NCBI RefSeq assembly: GCF_001194135.2
Contig: NC_068987.1
Location: forward strand, 91,762,849 to 91,826,292
DNA from: Octopus bimaculoides
Taxonomy: Eukaryota
DNA length: 63,444 nucleotides
Direction of reading: 5' to 3'
Positions 53,066-63,444 of this stretch are shown here, in pieces; the first letter of the stretch is position 1, and every line of letters starts with the position of its first letter. The translations under genes and the position numbers were made by a program. Under the pieces are notes generated by a model. The model had not been told where the DNA came from. It did not search any database and was given only the letters and a program-made list of their open reading frames with translations.

Positions 53066-54149
53066 ATGAATGCATAAATATGAATGCAGGAGTTATTGTT
53101 TCGGCACTGATGCTGATGTGATGTTTATAATTGCGTACAAATGGGACAACAGGCTCTCAGGCAAGATTCCACTCTAATTTAATTAGTCTCTTTGCTAATG
53201 TGATTTAGATGTTTCAAATAATGTTCAATAGTAACGAAGAATAAATGGAAAATAAATCCTTTGAAATTAAATGAGATTTCACTTAATCTAACTAACACTG
53301 GAATATCTTTTATTTAGTTAGAGAGCAGAGCAGAAAGAGATAATGGCTTTGATATTTTTAGGCTCTCTTAAACTGCAGAGGACATCATTATTGCTTAAAG
53401 TTAGCACGTTTGAGCTTTAGACTTGATCTGGTGCACTTTAGTAATTACAAACCAGATATGGAAGGTTTGGTTCTTCATAGGAAAGAGAAAACATTGAGAT
53501 GAATACTTCGAAGATTTGGTAAATGTTTCAGTCATTACTTGGGTGGTGGAACCATATTTATTACCTGTCTATTAGATTGTGCTACTGGTGTAAACGTTTG
53601 GATTGATATCCACTTCAGGTGCCGGGCTATTGCTAGATATTTCATCAGCAAGTGTTCAATTCCCAAAGCCTTAGTTTTGGTAGACATTCTGGAATAACTC
53701 CTAAATCCTCTGTTGTATGAAATAAATTCCAAAGAAATTTCTATTTCTTATTCAGTTAGAATTTAAACCAGATGTTGGCCATAGCCTCTAGAATATCCTT
53801 AGCTGCTTTAGAACATACTTACGTATGTTTTGTTGACTGTTGGCATCAGGTTAAATAACATACTGTTGAAAAACAGAATATCATATAACTGATACGAACG
53901 TTTAGTGCCAAACACAAGGAAGAATAATGTTTTGGAAGAATCTATTTGTGTGGATGTTAAATTGCACGATACACTCACACACACATACACACGCACACAC
54001 ACACACACGCACTCACACACGCATAAACATACACACATATACATACATGCATACATACACATGCACATGTAACTATAAATATGAGACGGATTTGTACGTG
54101 CACTGACAGCAAATACCTGCACATATACACACAGACAAACATGTATACC

Positions 54150-54235
54150 TATCCTGCTGATGTTGTTGAAACTCCAATGAAGGGACCTTGGGTCGAAGTT
54201 AGAAACCGGCTTTTTCAACATTGGTGAGAAATCTC
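54150..54235 (+). mobile_element. Decayed 3' UTR of the RLE element seen at 21677-22593
   Basis: cctgctgatgttgttgaaactccaatgaaggga.cttgg matches 22512-22560. Confidence 0.6.
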
Positions 54236-56073
54236 AGAAAGATGAAAGGAAAAAAACTAAATAATAATGTACACATACATAAACGCCTAGCAAAGTGTAA
54301 ACGTTTCTTGTCAAATATGACATCATCAGTAAAATTTTGTGAGACTTCATGCAAAACTAGCGAGAGGAAAATCGTTGTTGGTTCAAGGAAACTCATAAAT
54401 CTGTTTAAAAAATGCTGAACGCAGAACTTGATGTTCCAGATTAGCTGAGTATTGCATATACAAAGCTAGAGTCTATGAGGAATGCAACGCGTCGAACAAA
54501 CTACAGTCTCACGTCAGGCTTAAATGTTATTGCTTAAACTGCAAACGTGTTGCTTGAATGCCTTTGTGCAGATTGACTACGTGACAGAAATTATGGTGGT
54601 CTTGGCAGTGAGCGCTTAGTTAGGTCTCCTTTAGTTATGCGAAAGATAAATGATAAGATCTGTAGAAAAGAGGAAATTTAAGTTAGCCATACATATCTGT
54701 CGATGATCTGAAGTTGTGTTTCAGTAATAGTCACATTACCAAGAAATTGAACTGTAAATGTTCAGTCAAAATAAGATTATTGACCATATAAAAAATACGG
54801 ATATCAGTGACCTTTCCCGACTATGCTACAACAAAGATTGGCTAAGAATATTACATCTGTTGAGATTAAAGTTAGCCTGACAAAGAAATTAGCCACCAGA
54901 CTTCGGAATGTGAAGAGGTTAAATCTGCAAATATTCAATCTCACCTAATCCCATAACACCTTCGTTGTACTATTCGAAATGAGAAAATTGGTTCTCATTA
55001 CCTGGATATATGAAACGATCAGCAGTTTATTTATCCTGGCAATTACCTTGATTACCACAGAACCCAGATCTTTTATCTTTCATCTGTTATTTGTTACAAT
55101 TAATAAACCTCAGCGATGCTGGAACACCGCCTTCAAATATTTTTAGCCAATCGAACGTCCTTCAGTGTCCGTCTACCAAATCCAATCGCAAGGCTTTAAT
55201 CATCCCGTCTACCAAATCCAATCGCAAGGCTTTGATCGCTGTAGAAGACATGTTGGGAAGAAAACGTCTTACTACAGAGCCACGTCTCTGCTTGGACATG
55301 AAGAGAAAACGCCAGCGGGAAATGCCACAACGACAGTGACATACGCACATCAGAATTATGTTAGGTGTAGTGATGGATCCACAGTCAAAGTCTCACTCCA
55401 AACAACCTTTCCTACCCAGACACCTTTTCTCTCACTAAGACAAATACTGAGCAGCAACAGGGAGAAAGCAACAAACCACATGAATACTCAACAGTGAAAA
55501 TAACAAATTGAGGTTAGATATTATTCTGAGCTGACAGTTGTTCCTATGAGTCAAGAATGGTTTAACTAGCTTGGAATACGCTGAAACTGAAATGAGAAAG
55601 GTTTATTATATCTGTAAATATTTGTGCATAAATGCATGTTGCGCAGTCTAGAAGATATCAGAAATGTGGATATGAAGTGTAGACCTGTCTAGATCTGTCT
55701 AAGACTCATTACCTGCCGTATAGGAGAGTGTAACTTAGTTATTTAAACATAGCTCAGAGCTACTTTATAACTGGTGATTACCAGAGATTAAGGTGCGTTT
55801 ACACCTGCAAATTCTATATATAAATAATCAGTTTTAGAAGATATTTTTTCCTATCAGCTGGTAATTACTTCGAAATATCCTCATATGCTACTCAGCGTTA
55901 TTATATGTAATGACTTTCAAACAGTTTATAATGAGATCTGCAGGAAGGATTCAATACAAGTGTCATAGATTTCAATTATTCTTTTCCGTCTTTCTGTGAC
56001 TGAAAAACATCACAACCAGTAAAATATGATTCCTTCTTGAATTTTGTCAGCAGTATTTATTAATCATATACAC

Positions 56074-56106
<33 letters not shown>

Positions 56107-56439
56107 NNNNNNNNNNNNNNNNNNNNNNNNNNNNNNNNNNNNNNNNNNNNNNNNNNNNNNNNNNNNNNNNNNNNNNNNNNNNNNNNGAGGAATATATTAT
56201 TTTGTTTAAAAGAGTTCCAACACTGTCTGTTTTTTATGTTTTATTTATATTCCTGCAGAACCAATGTGGGGTATAGAATATGGAATATACAATATATAAT
56301 ATAATATACAATATATAATATAAAATAAAATAAAATAAAAATGGATGGCACCATGAAAGAAAGTATTGAATGTAGATGAAATATTGAGTGTTCAATATAA
56401 AGGATCAAATATATAAATATATAAATATAAATATATAAA

Positions 56440-56479
56440 GGCGACTCCAGTTTCAGGGCTAGTTCCCTTCGTCATGGCC
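56440..56479 (-). ncRNA. Minimal type I hammerhead motif, family C, one lesion in the core
   Basis: GGC C[A]UGACGA AGGG aacuag CCCU GAAA C ugga GUC GCC. Confidence 0.6.
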
Positions 56480-56660
56480 GGTATGACAGACTTTAACAGA
56501 CTGTTATACATATATATATGTATATGTGTATGCATGTATGTATATGCATGTATATATAAATATATATGTATGTTTACCATAATATAATACAAACGTGCAA
56601 ACTTGAGCACACACACATGTTAAACACTGCATTATTTACAATTGTTTTAATTTCACGGAT

Positions 56661-56716
56661 ATTAAAGCAATTTCGAAATTAAATATTTTAATATTTAATA
56701 TCGAAATTGCTTTAAT
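56661..56716. repeat. 56-bp near-perfect AT-rich palindrome
   Basis: 27-bp arms, one mismatch, 2-nt spacer. Confidence 0.85.
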
Positions 56717-57528
56717 TTATTTAAATTCCTTTATTTCATATCTAACATCACGAACTGTCATAATCGTAGGTTTGAAAATATGGGTTCAACTCTGGCATTG
56801 AATTAAACATTGTTTCAACCCACCAAGGGCCGATCGAACAGAACTTGCGCAACATTTCTGGCGACACCATTCAAATATAGCCAACAATAACAGTGGCAAT
56901 CATGAAACTAGGCAAAGAAATATTAAAGCAAACACTTTAGAAATTTAATATTATTCTGAAACATTCTGAGTTCAAATTCCAATGGAATCGGCATTACGAT
57001 TTTGTGCCCCAGGGTTGAGAAAGAATCAAAAGCCCCCGGGTATCGCGTGGTCGTAATATATGTATAGATCTCTCCTACGTGGTTTGGCGTTGTGCCGAGC
57101 CAGAATGAGATCAATAATTATAAGAATGTTCTATCCTTTGAAATAATTCATAACACTGGAATTAGTAAACTATTCAATAGAAATAGAATGGCAAACAAAT
57201 CCAGAAATACGAAATTTCTATAGGTAAAGATTTGCCTGTGGAAATATGGATTATCCTGTGCCAAAAACTGTAAAGCTTGCATAGGTCATTAGGAGTCAAT
57301 TTATTAGAGAGCTGTTCTTGTGCCAGAGGCAGAGTTAATTGTATGAGATGAGAAAAAATAGCAACAATAGAGAATGGCGTACACCTTGGGAATGATAGGA
57401 CAGAGAGGAAAGATAGAAGATATTCATATACACACACAATGAGGATGCGTTTATGGCGTATAGCATGGGAAATACGAAGAGATAAACAGAGGCAGTGGAA
57501 CAGCCACAAACAGAAACACACATACATG

Positions 57529-57562
<34 letters not shown>

Positions 57563-57884
57563 CACACATACACACACACACACATACAAACACACACACA
57601 CAGAAACACACACACGAATACTTCTAACAGCAGACATACGCAAGAATATACACAAATGTTCGGAAATATACACACATATCTTACTCTTTGTCTGTATATG
57701 TGCGCGCATATATACATGCATTCGGACAAATAAATGTGTGGTTGTGTGTACGTGTGTGCATGTATCTATGTACTCAAACAAACATGCGTGCTCATACATA
57801 TACGTATGTGTATGTGCGTATGTATGAATATATTCATATATATAAATATATATATATATATGTATATGTGTGTACGTGTGTGTA

Positions 57885-58007
<123 letters not shown>

Positions 58008-58989
58008 ATATATATGTGTGTATTATGGACACTTTTTTATTAATGAACCTAGATATATTCATATTCTTCACAGTATTACATTCTATTCAGCCATTTGTAT
58101 ATGACTATGTTCATACACAGCTGCATACATACAGATACATATATACTCACGCATACTGTATGGAAATAAATATTCTTACATAATCTTGGCATTTTTTCTC
58201 TTATTGTATCACTGGTTGTTATTTTGGCGCATTTCTTGAAAGCCTTTCAATTGGACATATTTAACAACAGGAAAATCCTAAGGTTGATGTTTATTAGAAT
58301 GACACATTCTAGATTCTTATAGCGAAAATATGCATCATAAGAAAACTGGGCAATTTTTCCGGGAATATAACATTGAATAAGGATGTTATCATTGTAATTG
58401 GAAAACATTAGAAAATATAGATTAGTTAATTGATTAGATATTTAACCAATATTATTAACAATAAAGTAGGGACATTGAACCAGTACGCGTATTATTAGAA
58501 TTGGTGCAATGACCCTACCAAAAGTAGAATTTTGTTAGTGTTGCTTATGATTGCAGTATAAACAAAAAACAATTTAGTATTTTTCATTTAAATATGGCAG
58601 ATACAATTTAATGCCAACATAAGTACATCTATCTTCGTTTATCACTCATTCTTTCATTTCTGTAACAGTATAAATACGGTAAACTCATATTGAACCGTGT
58701 TGCGGTTATCATGAATTGATCTGCGATTAGAAGAGTCAGCAATGTGTCAAAGATTCTGCTTGGGCCACCAATACGCGCTCCACAGTGTTCAGTACAACAA
58801 GGGTTTCCCAACTATTCTCCCCATATGTGCACTTGTGCATTTATCAATGCTCATTTAACAGGGTGGCTTTGCTTATTCTTTCGAAGGAAATATCCGTGAT
58901 AAAACGAGAATATTTGTACGTTACTATCTCTGGATAGAAAACGGTGGCCAGAATGTTCCTCTGAATCAACGATACTTCACTATTTCATT

Positions 58990-59206
58990 ATCTTTTATTC
59001 TATTGCTTGTTTCGGTCATCAGAGTGCGGCCATGCTGGGGCGTCGCCTTGAAGAATTTTAGTCGAATGAATCTACCCCAGCGCTTTTTCAAAGTCTAGCA
59101 CTTATTCTATCGGTGTCCTTTACCGAACCGCTAAATTACGTGTCGTAAAGACACCAACAACGTTTGTCAGGCGTTGATGAGGGACAAATGCAGATACAAG
59201 AACACA

Positions 59207-59304
<98 letters not shown>

Positions 59305-59550
59305 CACACGCACAATCACACACACACACATACACACACACACATACACACACACACACACACAAACAGAGACACACGCAAACACATCCAGGCACACACG
59401 CACGTATATATACGACGGGTTTCTTTGAAATTCTCTGAAGAGGCTATAGTAGACCCGAGGCTATAATAGAAGACACTTTCCCAAATTGCCATGGAGTGGG
59501 ATTGAACCCGGAGCCATGTGGCTTGGAAGCAAACTTCTTACCATACAGAC
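58990..59550 (-). mobile_element. SINE family 1, full length, with expanded internal (CA)n
   Basis: Tail 58990-59190, CA array 59205-59385, head 59410-59550. Confidence 0.8.
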
Positions 59551-59559
59551 ACAATATGG

Positions 59560-59760
59560 TCATCATAGTGAGTTGGCGGGTGGGTTGTTCACTTTTCGAT
59601 AACGTTAGCTTGATATATTTCTTTTGTAGACTCTGATCTTCGGCTGCAAGAATGAATCCTTCTATTTCCGCCTTCAGCCCTAAACAGCGCAGGCATTGAT
59701 GGTGTTGTGATTTGTATACATCAGCGGCTTTCTGGATTCGAAATGGGTATTGACTACGGA
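59560..59760 (-). mobile_element. R4/Dong-like fragment, same family as 43510-44327
   Basis: HQCLRCLGLKAEIEGFILAAEDQSLQKKIYQANVI. Confidence 0.75.
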
Positions 59761-60280
59761 GACGTCATTTGTGCTCTGAAATAAATATTAGGCGTATTAT
59801 GAGGTCTTATGTCAGAAACCAACGAATGGCGTCTTCTTGAGCAACGCAATATAAGTGTTTGGCATTGGCCGTTTAGAATCACACAGTGCGTATATATATA
59901 TATATATATATATATATATNNNNNNNNNNNNNNNNNNNNNNNNNNNNNNNNNNNNNNNNNNNNNNNNNNNNNNNNNNNNNNNNNNNNNNNNNNNNNNNNN
60001 NNNNNNNNNNNNNNNNNNNNNNNNNNNNNNNNNNNNNNNNNNNNNNNNNNNNNNNNNNNNNNNNNNNNNNNNNNNNNNNNNNNNNNNNNNNNNNNNNNNN
60101 NNNNNNNNNNNNNNNNNNNNNNNNNNNNNNNNNNNNNNNNNNNNNNNNNNNNNNNNNNNNNNNNNNNNNNNNNNNNNNNNNNNNNNNNNNNNNNNNNNNN
60201 NNNNNNNNNNNNNNNNNNNNNNNNNNNNNNNNNNNNNNNNNNNNNNNNNNNNNNNNNNNNNNNNNNNNNNNNNNNNNNNN

Positions 60281-60321
<41 letters not shown>

Positions 60322-61241
60322 AAGATGTATGACTATACAGCCGGACATACACACACTATACACAAGCACACATGTACACATATTTAAATTGAATGTGTGT
60401 ATAAAGAAGTGTACAACATTGTATTTATATATTTTTATATGCGTCTTTAGCTGCGTGTGTGTGTAGATGTATTCATACATTCATATATATGCACTTATAT
60501 ACATATGAAATTATACATATACATACGTATAGGTGAACACACATACTTACACACACAGGCACAGAGTCTTTCAGGACACACATATACCTACATATGTATC
60601 TCAGTAATGTATAAGTTTAAGTAAGTTGTTAGCGTAGGCTGGAATATTTATACTTTCTGCTGTTCCTCCTTTTACAATTATTCCCAATTCAATTCGATAT
60701 TAATTAATCATCTGAGCAGGTGGAAACTGCCTCCTTCTCAGCTTAGAGTTCCGCAAACATCTGATATCATCCAAGTTAGAACAGATAAATATACGTCATC
60801 CGACGAAGACGGTGCGTTGATTTCCGCCCAAACTCGCACAATTTACCGACCACCAGTAGTGTGCTTTCAAGTGATTGTTGAACAGTTAATGAACCTTAGA
60901 TCATTTTCAAGAGTCTTTACCTTCATCAATCTATCGTCGACTAACAGCAGTTGTACTCTCTTTGTTATATTAATGAGACATTCTAATTTGTGTGCACATT
61001 CTACGTCTATTCTCTCTCTTCCTCTCGATTCTTATTTTCTTTTTCTCTGTTTCAGTTGTCAGTTTGAAACAAGTCCTCGGCAACAAGAGGAAAACGGCAT
61101 TTTCTAATGATGTTTGCAATAATGGTTGTTAATAATTGATGAAGAGCGACGTGAAATAGAAGAGATACCAGGTCATACACTCGCAATGGTGTGGCGTATG
61201 TATATGTGCTAACACACAATCACACATAATTACACAACACA

Positions 61242-61285
<44 letters not shown>

Positions 61286-62284
61286 NNNNNNNNNNNNNNN
61301 NNNNNNNNNNNNNNNNNNNNNNNNNNNNNNNNNNNNNNNNNNNNNNNNNNNNNNNNNNNNNNNNNNNNNNNNNNNNNNNNNNNNNNNNNNNNNNNNNNNN
61401 NNNNNNNNNNNNNNNNNNNNNNNNNNNNNNNNNNNNNNNNNNNNNNNNNNNNNNNNNNNNNNNNNNNNNNNNNNNNNNNNNNNNNNNNNNNNNNNNNNNN
61501 NNNNNNNNNNNNNNNNNNNNNNNNNNNNNNNNNNNNNNNNNNNNNNNNNNNNNNNNNNNNNNNNNNNNNNNNNNNNNNNNNNNNNNNNNNNNNNNNNNNN
61601 NNNNNNNNNNNNNNNNNNNNNNNNNNNNNNNNNNNNNNNNNNNNNNNNNNNNNNNNNNNNNNNNNNNNNNNNNNNNNNNNNNNNNNNNNNNNNNNNNNNN
61701 NNNNNNNNNNNNNNNNNNNNNNNNNNNNNNNNNNNNNNNNNNNNNNNNNNNNNNNNNNNNNNNNNNNNNNNNNNNNNNNNNNNNNNNNNNNNNNCACATA
61801 CTTTAGTATATATATATGTATGCATATGCGAATGTAGACTACTATATATATTGTGAGAGATATGTAAATAAGTAGATAGGTAGTTAGGTATGTATGTAAG
61901 TATGTCGTTAGGTAGGTAGGTGGTAGCTAGATAGATACATAGGTAGATAGATAAACAATTAATTAGTTGTGAAACCTGAACATGGTGGAACTATATCCTG
62001 TTGGAGATGTATATAAGAAATCGACACAGAAATGATGAAATATGTTTACTGGTAAATGCGAATTACATATGTATGTCTTTGTATATAATACCTGTACATC
62101 ACTACATCCAACTCATGCACAGCCATGTATACGACTTAGATAACTTAGATATGTTTGAGTGAAAAATTTGCACAGGCCATGGCTAACTTAATTTCACCAC
62201 TTGGTGGAATCTGTTATGTCCTTTTTGTCAAGTGTTATGGTATCATTGAGCATTCAAACTGTAAGTTATGGGTATAGATTACTA

Positions 62285-63010
62285 ATCTATAAACCGTTGA
62301 AGAAATTTGTCCTGATTTCCTTTGAAGGGAATGGGATCTTTTTCCTCTTTTATTTGTTTTAGGAAAATATTAAATAGAGCAAGGCCTGTTGGAGGAAAGA
62401 AATTGTGTTGCAGTGAATTTATGTGCTGTGAGCCTGAATTGTGTACGGGGTGTATGACACGTGGCCCCATCCTTGGCTGAATTCGGAATCTCATATTGAG
62501 GGCGATCGGGCGATTCTAATGCTATATTATCCACATTGTGAAACTGATGTATGGGTTACGGCGCCGCTCGAGAGAATAAAGATTCAATATTTAAAGGCAG
62601 TCCCAATAATCAAGATCTTTCATTCCTCCTATTTTTTTATTGCTTTCTGGATTGACCCAATTCTTGTTTGGTGTGTGGAGACCACAGGGGGCACCAGTAT
62701 TGTAGGTATGGCCTTACAAAGGAGGGGAAGAGGGGAATGATGATATCCTGCGAGCCTTACCGGCTTTATTGTTTATGTTAGCCCTCCAGTCGAGATTGTT
62801 GTCAACAATAACTCCTATGTTCCTGATATTGTTGCGTGCTGTGAGTAGGTTGTCTGAGTGTATTCTTCTTTCAATGTGCATAAGTTCAAATTTCCACTCA
62901 TTTAACCGCATGTTATCATTGTCCGGCCATTGGCTTATCGTACGACCATCAGACTGGCATTCAGTTCGATCTTCTTCTCCGTTGTTAATATTCTGGAGCC
63001 TGAAATCTTT
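62285..63010 (-). mobile_element. CR1-clade LINE RT C-terminal fragment, frameshifted
   Basis: MRLNEWKFELMHI, RNIGVIVDNNLDW..NINNKAGKARR, YWCPLWSPH and GLALFNI...FKGNQDKFL. Confidence 0.85.
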
Positions 63011-63019
63011 TAATTGTAC

Positions 63020-63160
63020 ATTTATTATTTTTTTTGAGCCTGGTACTTATTTCGTCGCTTCAATTTTGCCGAACCGCAATGTCACGGGGACGTATGCACA
63101 TCAACACCGGTTGCAAAGTGGTAGAAGGGGGACAAACAAGGACACGAAGACATACACGCA
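63020..63160 (-). mobile_element. SINE family 1 tail fragment
   Basis: gcctggtacttattt...tttgccgaaccgc...ggggacgta...caacaccggttg. Confidence 0.65.
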
Positions 63161-63170
63161 TACATACCAC

Positions 63171-63216
63171 CTCTTTCTCTATTGGCAAGAAATCTTGAAG
63201 TCAAACTGAATAATGA
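63171..63216 (+). mobile_element. Extreme 3' end of the CATA-associated RLE element
   Basis: gcaagaaatcttgaa.t.aaact.aataatga|catac matches 22563-22598. Confidence 0.65.
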
Positions 63217-63444
63217 CATACGTTCACAAGTATACACACTCCCACACGCATACATACACGTATGTGTGTGTGAGTGTGTTTGGGGTAAAACCTCCACTTT
63301 TACCCGCTCTCATTGATTGCACTTGGTATAACACTAGTGTAGCAATAATTGGGTACCCTCCCAGCAGTATACTGGATAGATACTATCCCTTAGTGGGTTG
63401 AACCCTCAGACCCTAACTCTCTCGCATTATATATATATATATAT

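Noticed and set aside
54660-54720. Possible RT motif (SH..)VDDLKL
   Set aside because: A single short frameshifted motif; flanking RT motifs could not be recovered.
55166-55236. Tandem duplication of cgtctaccaaatccaatcgcaaggcttt
   Set aside because: It is a locally duplicated fragment of SINE family 1.
58862-58990. Acceptor-like tttaacag followed by GGFAYSFEGNIRDK...
   Set aside because: No recognisable protein and no convincing donor; the frame runs into a SINE.
59005-59025. CUGAUGA-CC-GAAAC in a SINE tail (minus strand)
   Set aside because: No stem II, and other family 1 copies read ctaatga/caaatga, so it is a chance variant.
60800-60835. CCGACGA-A-GACGG...CCGCC-CAAA hammerhead-like motif
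   Set aside because: Two core substitutions, a stem II mismatch, and no stem I or III.

Overview
AT-rich, gap-riddled, microsatellite-saturated eukaryotic non-coding DNA. The dispersed tRNA-derived SINE families look like octopus/cephalopod repeats (inference from recalled repeat families, not a database search). I found no intact host gene; almost all ORFs in the track are microsatellite or N-gap artefacts. Recognisable content: about 20 SINE copies, decayed non-LTR retrotransposon fragments (RTE x3, CR1 x1, R4/Dong-like RLE x3), two complementary broken copies of a tandem CCCH zinc-finger ORF, and small inverted-repeat elements. The main hunt result is a set of hammerhead-ribozyme-like motifs in three distinct repeat families. 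(A) A ~270-bp element with a tRNA-like Pol III head fused to a minimal type I hammerhead; four copies, none fully intact. (B) Two diverged copies with hammerhead core segments in a non-circularly permuted order and covarying stems (17441-17496, 28545-28605). (C) A near-perfect 40-nt type I motif at 56440-56479 (-). None has been tested for cleavage.
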